A stretch of 64,000 nt of DNA from Chloroflexota bacterium (GTDB lineage: Bacteria > Chloroflexota > Dehalococcoidia > SHYD01 > JACQUQ01): positions 142 through 64,141 of the forward strand of contig JACQUQ010000025.1 of assembly GCA_016210175.1 (NCBI GenBank), written 5' to 3'. Under the pieces are notes generated by a model that did not search any database, had not been told where the DNA came from, and saw only the letters and a program-made list of their open reading frames with translations. Positions 1-9,758 of the stretch are shown one piece after another. Position numbers and translations under genes: made by a program. The first letter of the stretch is position 1. Every line of letters starts with the position of its first letter.

Positions 1-2263
1 CCTGCACATGACCGGCATGCCTGCGGAGGTCTGTGGCCGTACTAAACCGCCCATGCCTCCACAGCACGTCCAACTCGTCCAGGCTGGTGATGCCCAGCAA
101 GCTGTCGCCGTACTGGATGGCATGGTCGAGGAACGTAAACGGCCGTTCCTTGGAGAGTGTGGTCAGCCAGAGACTCAGCTTCGCCATCTCCGCGGCCAGC
201 GGGTCGCGGTCCACGCCGTAGAGGCAGTGGTCGGCGATGGCGCGGCGCGCCAGCACCTCGTCGTCGTCCACGTGTGCGGTGTCCGCGGGCAGGCCGGAGC
301 GGGGCAGCGCCTGCGCCTCCTCGACCGCCCACGCCTCCATCAGCCGCTCGGCCAGATAGCGCCCCGCCGCCACCAGGATCGCCCCCGATCCAACGGCGGG
401 ATCGCACACCTTCAGCTTGAGGATGTCCGCAGCCGGGATGAGCCGCCATTCCTCCGGCGTTGCACCATCGGCGGGACCGGGCTTGTAGACCAGCGGTTCC
501 AGGGCGTACCTCACCACCTCGTCGGCAAGCTCCTTGGTGGTGTACTGCGCTCCGGCGTCGCGACGCGCCGACACCTGCGTCACGTACAGGGTGCCAGGCA
601 GGATGACGTACGGCTCGTGGCGCACGTCGTCGCGTAGGTACGGCAGAAACGGGCGCACCCGCTGGGCGAGGGCCACATCGCCACCGCAGGAGGCCAGGAG
701 CCGCTGCTCGCGGTGGGCGTCCACGGCGGCCTCGGCCCGGGAACGCGCAGCCGCCTTCATGCCGGTGGTAACTTCGATCCATTGCTCGAAGGCCGCCCGG
801 CCTTTGGCAAGCTGCGTCTCAGCCTCAGCCAGCAACACCTCTTCGTCGCTCTTGCCCGCAAACCCCAGCACCGTCTCCGATGCGCGCACGCAGCCGTGGT
901 CCAGCAGGCCCTCGTAGACGTGGCCGATCTGCTCCACATCGAGCGTCCGGTAGGAGAGCACGCGGGCCTCCGCGCCGATACGCAGCACCTTGAGTGCGTC
1001 GAGGATGCCCAGCACCGTGCGGTCATCCACCGGCAGCGGCGCGGCCTCAACAGCGCGCCAGTCGCTGCCCCACGGCCGGCCCTCCAGGAAGGGGAAGCGG
1101 TTGGGGTCGAAGAGGCTGCCGCCATAGGCGGGCAGGCGAAACTCGCTGTGGTTCACGCCGCTATGCACGGCACGGAAGAGAGCGAGCAGGCGGTGCCAGG
1201 CAGCGGTGCGCCGCTCCAGGGTCTCCTGGCCGCCGCGGGCCTGCTCGCGCAGCTGGTCGCGCAGGCTGGCGACGGCGTAGCTGCCGGCATACACTGGGTC
1301 GCCCAGGGGGAACAGGCCGCGCTCCTCCGCGCTCAAGAGGAACACCATGCGCATCAGCACCGTGACCGCCGCATTGTAGACTTCGGAAGGCGGCACGCTT
1401 GCCAGCAGACGGCCATCGGCGTCGCGGTCGGCCCTGCCGATGGCGTCCACCAGCAGTTCGAGGGCGCTGCGGACCTGGCGGCCGAGGGTGGTGGTGACTT
1501 CGGCCTGGGCGTCCGCGCTCTGCCGGAAGAGCGCCTCCAGAATGTCGTCCTTCCCAGCGGAGAAGAAACGGCGGGCTTCGAGCAGCGCCACGAAGCCGTC
1601 CAGCAGGACCGGCTCCTCAGCGAACAGGCTGGTCACGAAGGCGCCGGAACCGCTGGCGGCGTCCTTGGGCGCCCACAGCAGCGTCATGCGCTCACCGTCG
1701 CTGAGCAGCGCCAGCGGCACACCGGTGTCCCGGCACGCCCGCTCGGCCTGCTCCAGCGGTGAGGCCGCCCACGCAGCGCGTCCCTGCTGCTGGCGTGGCC
1801 GCCGATCGAAGGGCGTTCCCGCGGGGTACACGAACACGAGCAGGCGGGCAAGCTGCGGGTCATCCGGGCTGACCAGCACCGCGTTGGGGCGCAGGCGCAC
1901 GCCGTGCTCCGGGATGGCGACATCGTACTGCGCCGGGACGCGCTGGTCCTCCAGGAACTCCGCGCCCCATTCGAGGAGATGGCCGAGGAGGAAGCGCCGC
2001 CAAGCGGTCGTCCTGGCCGTCGCGTCGCCCTCGCCATCAAGGAAACTCGCCAACCGCTCCCGGACGAGCGCCCGCCGCTCGGTCTCCAGCCGCGGGATGC
2101 CGGAGGGGAACGCCCGCTTCAGCACCGGCGGGGTGAGGAAGGCGCCTTCGGGTTCCAGCAGGGCCAGCAGGTCGGACGTAGAGGACGTCCGGGCGCTGGG
2201 CGGCGCGGCGAACAACCGCCCCTGACCTGCGCTTGGACGGCGTCCCCGGCGGCCACTGGTCAT
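1..2263 (-). CDS. N6-adenine DNA methyltransferase, type IIG / PglX- or DrmMI-like (N-terminal ~754 aa only; C-terminus lies beyond the window start)
   Basis: Absent from the ORF track because there is no stop inside the window. Manual reverse translation from ATG 2263-2261 (MTSGRRGRRPSAGQGRLF...) stays open to position 1, in the one minus frame not occupied by the listed short minus-strand ORFs. Contains SAM motif I (KVCDPAVGSGAILV, approx 380-420) and QYTTKELADEVV. The start overlaps the helicase stop (ATGA). Confidence 0.75.
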   Translation of the reverse strand, partial: MTSGRRGRRPSAGQGRLFAAPPSARTSSTSDLLALLEPEGAFLTPPVLKRAFPSGIPRLETERRALVRERLASFLDGEGDATARTTAWRRFLLGHLLEWGAEFLEDQRVPAQYDVAIPEHGVRLRPNAVLVSPDDPQLARLLVFVYPAGTPFDRRPRQQQGRAAWAASPLEQAERACRDTGVPLALLSDGERMTLLWAPKDAASGSGAFVTSLFAEEPVLLDGFVALLEARRFFSAGKDDILEALFRQSADAQAEVTTTLGRQVRSALELLVDAIGRADRDADGRLLASVPPSEVYNAAVTVLMRMVFLLSAEERGLFPLGDPVYAGSYAVASLRDQLREQARGGQETLERRTAAWHRLLALFRAVHSGVNHSEFRLPAYGGSLFDPNRFPFLEGRPWGSDWRAVEAAPLPVDDRTVLGILDALKVLRIGAEARVLSYRTLDVEQIGHVYEGLLDHGCVRASETVLGFAGKSDEEVLLAEAETQLAKGRAAFEQWIEVTTGMKAAARSRAEAAVDAHREQRLLASCGGDVALAQRVRPFLPYLRDDVRHEPYVILPGTLYVTQVSARRDAGAQYTTKELADEVVRYALEPLVYKPGPADGATPEEWRLIPAADILKLKVCDPAVGSGAILVAAGRYLAERLMEAWAVEEAQALPRSGLPADTAHVDDDEVLARRAIADHCLYGVDRDPLAAEMAKLSLWLTTLSKERPFTFLDHAIQYGDSLLGITSLDELDVLWRHGRFSTATDLRRHAGHVQ

Positions 2264-5200
2264 CGCCAGCCTCCTTGCGGCACGAGCCAGGTCACCGCAG
2301 CTGGGAAGAGCGTCGTGCGGGTCACGGCGTACCTGCGCTCAATAGCGTCGCGCTCCCGTTCCAGTTCGCCGGGGAGTTCCTGGAGCCGGTTGCGGAGGTT
2401 CTCCCGGTCGCGCTGGGCCTGATCCGTCTCCAGTTCATCGAAGTGCATGATCAGCTGCATGTTTTCCTTGAGTTCCATGTCCTCAAGGCGGCGCTGAATA
2501 TCGCGCCGCAACTCGTCAATCACCGCCTCCAGAGCGGCGCGCTCCTCGTCACGGTGCTGTTGGAGCTGGCGCTCCAAGCCCCGCGCCACCTCTTCCTTGC
2601 GGGCCTCCAGCGCCTGCATGAGCCGCGCTTCGACGTTGGGCCAGAGGGCAGCCAGGCGCGCCCGATCCGCTGGGGCGGCCTCTCCCTCCACCGCCGATTG
2701 CAGCGCCGCATCCGCCTCGCCCACGTTCAGGCGGGCAAAGACGCCGCCGCGGATGCGTCCGCCTGCCTGGATCAGCGCCTCGTGAAGCCGCCGTCCGTCA
2801 GCCCCGGTGACGGCCACCCGCGCGTGCGCCACCACCGCCAGTTCCTCCCGGCGAGCGGGACGCGCCGTGATCCGGGTGACCGCCCGCATCGAAGCGGGCG
2901 CCCAAAGCTCCGAGCGCAGCAGCCGCATGGCGTGCGCGGCAAGGGGGTGTCCGAGATGGACGAGCACGACGTCGTCCCGGCGCTGCGCGGCGATGGCGTG
3001 ATCGAAGGTGATCGGACGGCGGTGACCCTTGAGAGGATGGTAGAGATCGAGCACCGTGCGCGCCCACGAGAGCGTGAGGTCGGGCACCGTAAAGAGCCCA
3101 GGTTCCCCTGCCACCGGCTGCAACGGCCGTTGCTTGGCCAGCGCCAAGCCGCAGGACACCATGCGCTCCACGGTTTGCGGGGAGAGATTCAGCTCCTCGC
3201 GCGAGGCGGTGAGCCTGTCCCGCAAGCGCTCCACTTCAGCCCGCAGGTTGCGCTCCAACGCCAGCGTCCTGCGGGCGCTCTGCCGACTGGCGAGGGCCGT
3301 GTCGTCCAAGGTCCGGCGGCGGCCCAGCATGGCCTCTTCGATTTGCTGCGCCAGCACCTCCCCGGCCGAGCCGAGGTCGTTGCGGATGGTCTCTACTTTC
3401 CGTGCCACCAGCGCCAGGATATCGAGGTCGAACTCCAGGCTGCCGGGTTCCGCGTGCTGGAATCCCGTTGGCACGAAGTGGTGGATCAGCACCTCGGGAG
3501 CGGTCTGGCCGTGGCGGTCCACGCGGCCATTGCGCTGTTCCAGCCGGACCGGCGACCAAGGGATCTCATAATGACAGAGCCGGTGACAGTAGTTCTGAAG
3601 GTCAATGCCTTCGCTGGCGGTGTCGGTGGCAACGAGGATGCGCAGCGGATACTCGGTGGGGTCGGCTTGAAATTGCGCCAGCAATTGCTCCCGCCGGGCC
3701 TCATCCATCGCGCCGTGGACGACGCCCAGGCGCTCCCCGCCCAGTCCCTCGGCGCTGAGCAGTTGCTCGATCCACGCCTGCGTATCGCGGTACTCCGTGA
3801 AGACAATGACCCGCTCGTTGTTCCACAGGCCATCCGGGCGGCAGACCTGCGCGATCCAGTCGATCAGTGCGGTGGCGCGAGCGTCCCGCCGGTATGCATG
3901 CCGCTCCGCCCACTCCCGAAGCTGCTTGAGCAGATCCCGCTCGTCAGCCGTAAGGGAACGCATGACGCGACCGGCAGCGGCCAGCCCGTCCTGGACAGCG
4001 GCGGGCTGCTCCATCCGAAGCTCACTATCAAGGGCCAGATCGTCCGGGGTGAGATCGTCCGCGCCCTGGAGCAAGGCCCGGAGTTCCCGCTCACTCGGTT
4101 CCGGCACGCCCTCATACCGCGCCAACGTCTTCAGATGCTCTTCCAGAGTGTTGCGGAAGGCAACGGTGGACGAGAACATCCGCTTCTTGAGGAGCTTTGA
4201 CACGAACTCCGCGGCGATACGCTGACGTTGGCCGGTGTTGCCATTTGCCCGCGACGCGGCATACTGGGTCAGGAGCCGGTGGGCCTGCCGTTCCTCATCG
4301 GTGTAAGTGACCTCAATGGGAACGATTTCGCGGCGAGCGAACCGGCGCGACCCGTCGGCGTTGGTGATTTCCTCCTTCAGGCGGCGCACCATCACCTGCG
4401 CCAGCGCCGTCTTCGAGGGTTCGACACCGCGGGCGAAACGCTGCGGGTCGAGTAATTCCAAGAGCGCCGTGAACGACTCGGTGTAGCCGTTGTGTGGTGT
4501 GGCCGACAGGAACAGGCGGTGCTCGAAGTGGGGCGCTAGTTCTCGAATGGTTCGCGTGCGCTGGGAGTCCACGGCATATCGCCCGCGGCCGCTGGGGGCA
4601 CAGTCGTGAATTTCGTCCACGATGAGGAGATCGAACGCGCGAGGATACCGGGTGGGATCGTGGCCTGCCAGCGACTGGCGGATCAGCCGCATCCCCCGCG
4701 TATCCTTCAGCCAGTCAATAGAGACAATATTACGGGGGAACGCGGTGAAGACGTTGGCGGCAACGCCTTCTTCGCGCCGGAGGTTCCGTACGGCATCTGC
4801 GTCGATAATGCGAAACTCCAAGCCGAACTTCTCGTGCATCTCCCGCTGCCATTTCAGTTTCAGGTTGGCGGGACAGACGACGAGTACAGTGCGGGCGCGA
4901 TACCGCAGCAGCAACTCTTGCACGACAAGGCCGGCTTCGATGGTCTTGCCCAAGCCGACGTCATCAGCGATGAGGAGATTAGCGCGCGGCATGGAGAGGG
5001 CGCGCACCGCCGGATCAAGTTGATAGTCGTCGAGGGTGATGCCTGAACGGAAAGGGGCCTGGAGAGAGCGGGTGTCCGCAGAAGCGATGGCCCCCCAGCG
5101 GACAGCATCCAGGAACGCTGCATGCATTTCCGCTGCGTCGAAGGCCCCATCGGCTGGCATCGCAGGAAGCGTGCTCGTTTCCAAAATCGCGGTATTCGGC

Positions 5201-5400
5201 TCACATTCCCATGCAACGGTGAGCGCCTCGCCCTGGGCTTCGTCTTCGACGGATGCCAGGGTGATGAGGGTGGCTGGAATGTCTCCGCCGGCGCGAATGA
5301 TGTCCGGGGGCAGCGACGATGGGGCGACATCGGAGACAGCCCAATGCCGCCCCCTCAGCCTCACGATCTGACCAACCTCTGGGGCTCTCGTGCTTGCCAT
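2260..5400 (-). CDS. SNF2-family helicase (DrmD-like / RM-associated)
   Basis: 1046-aa ORF with LIADDVGLGKTIEAG (motif I), LIVDEIHD (DExH), LFLSATPHNG (SNF2 motif III) and a helicase-C region (TDTASEGIDLQ, QRNGRVDRHGQ). Confidence 0.9.
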   Translation of the reverse strand: MASTRAPEVGQIVRLRGRHWAVSDVAPSSLPPDIIRAGGDIPATLITLASVEDEAQGEALTVAWECEPNTAILETSTLPAMPADGAFDAAEMHAAFLDAVRWGAIASADTRSLQAPFRSGITLDDYQLDPAVRALSMPRANLLIADDVGLGKTIEAGLVVQELLLRYRARTVLVVCPANLKLKWQREMHEKFGLEFRIIDADAVRNLRREEGVAANVFTAFPRNIVSIDWLKDTRGMRLIRQSLAGHDPTRYPRAFDLLIVDEIHDCAPSGRGRYAVDSQRTRTIRELAPHFEHRLFLSATPHNGYTESFTALLELLDPQRFARGVEPSKTALAQVMVRRLKEEITNADGSRRFARREIVPIEVTYTDEERQAHRLLTQYAASRANGNTGQRQRIAAEFVSKLLKKRMFSSTVAFRNTLEEHLKTLARYEGVPEPSERELRALLQGADDLTPDDLALDSELRMEQPAAVQDGLAAAGRVMRSLTADERDLLKQLREWAERHAYRRDARATALIDWIAQVCRPDGLWNNERVIVFTEYRDTQAWIEQLLSAEGLGGERLGVVHGAMDEARREQLLAQFQADPTEYPLRILVATDTASEGIDLQNYCHRLCHYEIPWSPVRLEQRNGRVDRHGQTAPEVLIHHFVPTGFQHAEPGSLEFDLDILALVARKVETIRNDLGSAGEVLAQQIEEAMLGRRRTLDDTALASRQSARRTLALERNLRAEVERLRDRLTASREELNLSPQTVERMVSCGLALAKQRPLQPVAGEPGLFTVPDLTLSWARTVLDLYHPLKGHRRPITFDHAIAAQRRDDVVLVHLGHPLAAHAMRLLRSELWAPASMRAVTRITARPARREELAVVAHARVAVTGADGRRLHEALIQAGGRIRGGVFARLNVGEADAALQSAVEGEAAPADRARLAALWPNVEARLMQALEARKEEVARGLERQLQQHRDEERAALEAVIDELRRDIQRRLEDMELKENMQLIMHFDELETDQAQRDRENLRNRLQELPGELERERDAIERRYAVTRTTLFPAAVTWLVPQGGWR

Positions 5401-5552
5401 CGGTGCAGCCTTTCCACCGTAGCCGTAGGTCCAGACGTCGGGGCAGTGCCGGGAACATGCACTATCGCAGTGCCCGCCTGCAGAGTCGCGATCCCGTCCA
5501 TGCCAATCCGACGATAGGTAGCTTCATGGTTCTGGCCTCTTGTCGAGGGCTC

Positions 5553-6221
5553 CTACGCGATACGTTCGACGCACGCCGGGATGTCCAACTTTGGCGAGTT
5601 GACGGCCGTTGAAACCTGATACGCGTCAATCTCCTCCGGGGGGTAGGGCGCCAGCAGTCCACGAAGCAGCGATGGATCGCTCACTGACGGGTCGAGCCAA
5701 AGGTCTTCGTCCTCTGGTCGCAGGATGACCGGCATCCGGTCGTGGATGGGTTCGAGGACCGAATTCGGCGTCGTGGTGATGATGGTGCAGGTGTGCAGCC
5801 ACTCGCCATCCGGCCGTTTCCAGGTCTCCCACAGTCCGGCGAAAGCGAACGGCTCCCCCGACTTTAGGACGAACCGCAGCGGGAGACGCTTGCTGCCCTC
5901 TTTCTGCCATTCGTAGAATCCATCCGCCGGAATGAGGCAGCGCCTCCTGACGAACGCTTGCCGGAAGGCTGGCTTCTCGCCGAGAGTCTCGGATCGGGCG
6001 TTGATCATCCGCTGACCAACGCTGGGGTCCTTTGCCCAGAAGGGCACGAGCCCCCACCGCATAGCCTCAGTGCGCCGCTCTCCATCCTTCTCAATCACGG
6101 TCAGGATGTTTTGGGTAGGGGCAATGTTATAGCGCTCAGTGTTCTCGGAGCTCTGCAAGAGAATGCGGAAACGCAATTGCAGCTTTCTCGCGTCCGTGGT
6201 GAGCGTAAAGCGTGCACACAT
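5553..6221 (-). CDS. SOS response-associated peptidase (SRAP / YedK-like abasic-site processing protein)
   Basis: 222 aa. Starts MCARF (catalytic Cys2). Has the NARSET and FYEW motifs typical of SRAP. Confidence 0.9.
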   Translation of the reverse strand: MCARFTLTTDARKLQLRFRILLQSSENTERYNIAPTQNILTVIEKDGERRTEAMRWGLVPFWAKDPSVGQRMINARSETLGEKPAFRQAFVRRRCLIPADGFYEWQKEGSKRLPLRFVLKSGEPFAFAGLWETWKRPDGEWLHTCTIITTTPNSVLEPIHDRMPVILRPEDEDLWLDPSVSDPSLLRGLLAPYPPEEIDAYQVSTAVNSPKLDIPACVERIA

Positions 6222-6328
6222 AGCATCAGACCTTCATGAAAAGACACACGGCCGGGCCCCAAGGTTCCGGCGTCTCAGCAGTCGCCAATAGCATATACAC
6301 GAACGAACAATGCTGCAACCAGCCGCGA

Positions 6329-9300
6329 TTACCGCCAGTCCTTTGACCTCGGCGGGCTGGCGCTCCCCCTCAAGGCCTCCACCCGCTCCACGACGAGATT
6401 GAACGTGCCGTCTCGCCGGGAAACTCGCCCGGTGACGAGCACGAACGGCTCACGCAACTGGGCCTTGAACTGCCGATACACGCTCAGCCAGAGGATGAGC
6501 GGGACATGCCCGAATTCGTCCTCCAAGGTGAGGAACACTGCGCTGGCGACAGGGTGTTGTCGGCGCACCACCAGCCCCGCCGTCTTGACCACCGCGCCCT
6601 CCGGGAACCGGTCCATCAGGTTGCTCGGCGCCACATCCTCGGCCAGCTGTTCTCTGAGGTGCTCCATGACGTGGCCGCCGGGGTACACGCCCATGGTGCG
6701 GTACTCGCCCTCCATGCGCTCCCACTCAGTCTGTTCAGGAGTGTCCAAGAAGTCCTGGGCGACCTCGAAACGGAGCGCCGCCTGGCCCTGTACCGGGCGG
6801 TAGCGCAGCGCGACCTCCTGCAGCAGGCTCCGGCGGTCGTGCCCGAATCCGTCAAACGCGCCGGCCTCCACCAGGTTCTCCGCGGCGCGCTGTGGCGCTC
6901 CGGTCCGATCCAGGAAATCGGCCACCGACGTGAACGGGACCCCGGCCCGGGCCTGGACGATCCGGTTAGCGAGGGTTTGGCCGACGCCGGAGACATATAA
7001 GAAGCCCAGCCGCAGCGACTCGTCTTCCGGCGTACAGTGCTGCATGCTGCGGTTGATGTCCGGGTTCAGGACGAGTATCCCATGTCGGCGGGCATCCTCC
7101 TTCAGTGTCTCGGGGGACCAGAACCCCATCGGCTGCTCATTGAACAGGCCGATATAGAATTCCAGGGGGTAGTAGTGTTTGAGCCAGGTAGCTTGATACG
7201 CCGTCACCCCAAAGGCGAGGGCATGCGCCTCAGGAAACATGTAGAAGCCGTTGAACTTCTTGAAGATCGTGCGCGCCGTCCGGTCAGGGACGCCTCTGGC
7301 TGCTGCCCCCGCGCGGAACTGCTGCCACCAAGTCACCAGCAGCTCCCGATTGTTCTTCCGGCCGAACGCCCGTCGGAACTGGTCGGCCTCACTCGGACTG
7401 AACCCCGCCACATCGATCGCCAGTTGGTTCACCTGGTCCTGGAAGAGAATAACCCCCAAGGTGCGCTCCAGCGCCCGTCGTTCCAGAGGATGGTCGAATA
7501 GCACCGGCGCCCTGCCCAACCTCCGGGCGATGTAGAGTGCGACGCCGTCGTTCACGCCGACGCCTGGCCGGACGGCTCCTACCTCGTGGGCCATGTCCAT
7601 GAGGTTGCGGGGTTTCAAACGCACCACTGTCTGCATCTGCGCCGCGCTCTCAATTTGGAACACCCCGATCGTGTCGGCGCGATGGATCATCCGGTAGACG
7701 GCCTGGTCCTCGAAGTCGATGCGGGATAGGTCAATGCCCTTCCCATGCCGCCGCTCGATGAGCGCGAGGGCTTCCTGCATCTGCGAGAGTGCGCCCAACG
7801 CTAAGAAATCGATCTTCACGAAGCCCGCGTCATCGATGGCGTCCTTGTCCCACTGGATGATGAAGCGGCCGTCCATGGCGGCGGGTTGCACCGGCACCAG
7901 GTCCATGAGGGGAGTCGAGGAGATCACCATGCCCCCGGGGTGTTGTGCCAGGTACTTCGGGAACCCGTCCAGCTCAACGGCGAGGGCTAGCAGGTCCTTC
8001 CAGCCCGGCGCCTCCACTTTGTCCCGGAAGTCTGGCAGGCTCTGCATCTCCCGCTTCAGGTCCTTGATAGCCGTGTGCTCGACCCGCTTCGCGAGCTTGT
8101 CCAGGTCATCGGGCGGCAGACCGAGCGCCTTCCCCAGATCGCGGATGGCGCCCTTCGTGTCGTAGGTCGCGATCATGCCGGTTAGCGCGGCATGCTCCCA
8201 CCCCCACTTCGCATGCACGCGCTTGATGAGTTCCTCGCGGATGTTTCTGGGGAAGTCGAGGTCGATGTCGGGCACGGTGGTCATGGCGTCTTCGGGCAGG
8301 AAGCGCTCCAAGGAGAGGTTGTACTGGAGGGGGTCGATGTGGGAGAGGCCAATGAGGTACCCGACCAGCATCGCCACCGACGACCCCCGGCCGCGGCCGG
8401 GCAGGCTGTGTTCCAGGGGCGTGCCGGGCTCGCACAGGCCGAGGTCCACCATCACCTGCTGGGCCATCAGGATGATCTCGTGGTAGATCAGGAGGAAGCC
8501 GGCCAGCCCATGCTTCCGGATAAGGCGTAGCTCGTGCTCTAGCCTGAGGCGCACCTTCTCCGGGAAGAGGGGATACCGTCGGCGGACCCTCTCATAGCAG
8601 AGCTTTTCCAGATAGGTGTCCGGGGTGAAACCGGGAGGGACCGGGTAGTCGGGAAAGCGGTAGTTGAGGTCGCGGGTCAGGTCGAAGGTGCAGCGCTCGG
8701 CGATGACCAGGGTGTTGCGCAGCGCAGGTGGGTGGGCCCGGAAGAGACGGGCCATCTGGCTGGGGGACTTGAGGAAGAACTCGGAGTTGGCACGCCGTTC
8801 CCGCTGGGACTCTTCCAAGGAGAGCCTGTTCTGGATGGCGACCAGGGCGTCCTGGACGCGGTAGCGCGAGCGGACGTGGTAGTGGACGTTGTTGGTGGCG
8901 ACGGCGCCGATGCCCAGCCGCTCACCCAACTGCACCAGACCGGCGATGCGCTGGTCGTCGCCAAACACCAGGTTCCGTTGGAGTTCGAGGTAGAAGTTGT
9001 TGGGACCGAACCACTCACGATACCGACGGGCGGCCCGCTCCGCGTCGGCGATGCGCCCCGCAGCGACAAGCTCCGAGACCTCACCCCGCCGGCAGCCGGA
9101 GAGCGCAATCAGACCCTCTGAGAATTCAGCCAGCAGGTCAGGGTTGGCCGCCGGACTCCGGCGCGGGCTCTGGATGTGGGCGTAGGAGAGCAGGCGGCAG
9201 AGGTTGTTGTAGCCCTGGACGTTCTCGGCGAGGAGCGTCAGATGATGGTCTCCCGCTAGGGTGAGCTCGGCGCCGATGATGCCCTTGAGGCCGAGCGCCT

Positions 9301-9472
9301 TTGCGGTCTTCGCAAACTCCATCGCCCCGCTGAGGTTGTCATGGTCGGTGATGGCCAGAGCAGCCAGGCCCAGCTTCCGTGCTTGTTGGACGAGCTCGAA
9401 GGTGAAAGAAGCCCCCTCCTGGAACGAGTAGTTCGAATGGCAATGCAGCTCCGCGTAAGCGTCCTCAGTCAT
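6329..9472 (-). CDS. dnaE2: Error-prone DNA polymerase III alpha paralogue DnaE2 (ImuC)
   Basis: 1047 aa. N-terminal PHP domain (ELHCHSNYSFQEGAS). Pol III alpha core and OB-fold region. Sits downstream of imuB. Confidence 0.92.
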   Translation of the reverse strand: MTEDAYAELHCHSNYSFQEGASFTFELVQQARKLGLAALAITDHDNLSGAMEFAKTAKALGLKGIIGAELTLAGDHHLTLLAENVQGYNNLCRLLSYAHIQSPRRSPAANPDLLAEFSEGLIALSGCRRGEVSELVAAGRIADAERAARRYREWFGPNNFYLELQRNLVFGDDQRIAGLVQLGERLGIGAVATNNVHYHVRSRYRVQDALVAIQNRLSLEESQRERRANSEFFLKSPSQMARLFRAHPPALRNTLVIAERCTFDLTRDLNYRFPDYPVPPGFTPDTYLEKLCYERVRRRYPLFPEKVRLRLEHELRLIRKHGLAGFLLIYHEIILMAQQVMVDLGLCEPGTPLEHSLPGRGRGSSVAMLVGYLIGLSHIDPLQYNLSLERFLPEDAMTTVPDIDLDFPRNIREELIKRVHAKWGWEHAALTGMIATYDTKGAIRDLGKALGLPPDDLDKLAKRVEHTAIKDLKREMQSLPDFRDKVEAPGWKDLLALAVELDGFPKYLAQHPGGMVISSTPLMDLVPVQPAAMDGRFIIQWDKDAIDDAGFVKIDFLALGALSQMQEALALIERRHGKGIDLSRIDFEDQAVYRMIHRADTIGVFQIESAAQMQTVVRLKPRNLMDMAHEVGAVRPGVGVNDGVALYIARRLGRAPVLFDHPLERRALERTLGVILFQDQVNQLAIDVAGFSPSEADQFRRAFGRKNNRELLVTWWQQFRAGAAARGVPDRTARTIFKKFNGFYMFPEAHALAFGVTAYQATWLKHYYPLEFYIGLFNEQPMGFWSPETLKEDARRHGILVLNPDINRSMQHCTPEDESLRLGFLYVSGVGQTLANRIVQARAGVPFTSVADFLDRTGAPQRAAENLVEAGAFDGFGHDRRSLLQEVALRYRPVQGQAALRFEVAQDFLDTPEQTEWERMEGEYRTMGVYPGGHVMEHLREQLAEDVAPSNLMDRFPEGAVVKTAGLVVRRQHPVASAVFLTLEDEFGHVPLILWLSVYRQFKAQLREPFVLVTGRVSRRDGTFNLVVERVEALRGSASPPRSKDWR

Positions 9473-9758
9473 AACTCTGCCGAAACCATTCGCCGGTCAA
9501 AAGGTCGATGAAGACGGTCAGGACCATGCCGTCCTCCAGCAACAGGGAGAGGTACAGACGGGACACACGCACCTCCCGCCACCAGCGGTCATCAACGCGC
9601 CACAGCGAGCGCACCGCTACGATTGGACGGCGGCGGCCTCGCAGCCACACACCGGTGGGCTTGCCGTCGGCGTCCCGGTCCACCTGAATGGGCTGAGGGA
9701 GATTTACGGGAAGGTAGGAGGCAGCAGAATCCTCCGTTCCTCCGGAATCCGCGACCAC
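9465..9758 (-). CDS. Small Trp/Arg-rich protein between imuB and dnaE2 (DUF6504-like, assigned from memory)
   Basis: 97 aa (RSLWRVDDRWWREVRVSRLYLSLLLEDG...TGEWF). Its 3' end overlaps the dnaE2 start by 8 nt and its 5' end overlaps the imuB end by 55 nt. Confidence 0.5.
   Translation of the reverse strand: MVADSGGTEDSAASYLPVNLPQPIQVDRDADGKPTGVWLRGRRRPIVAVRSLWRVDDRWWREVRVSRLYLSLLLEDGMVLTVFIDLLTGEWFRQSYD

Noticed and set aside
2233-4200. 655-aa plus-strand ORF antisense to the SNF2 helicase.
   Set aside because: Arg/Leu/Pro/Gly-rich with no motifs. It is fully overlapped by a motif-rich helicase on the other strand, which is the typical mirror ORF of GC-rich DNA.
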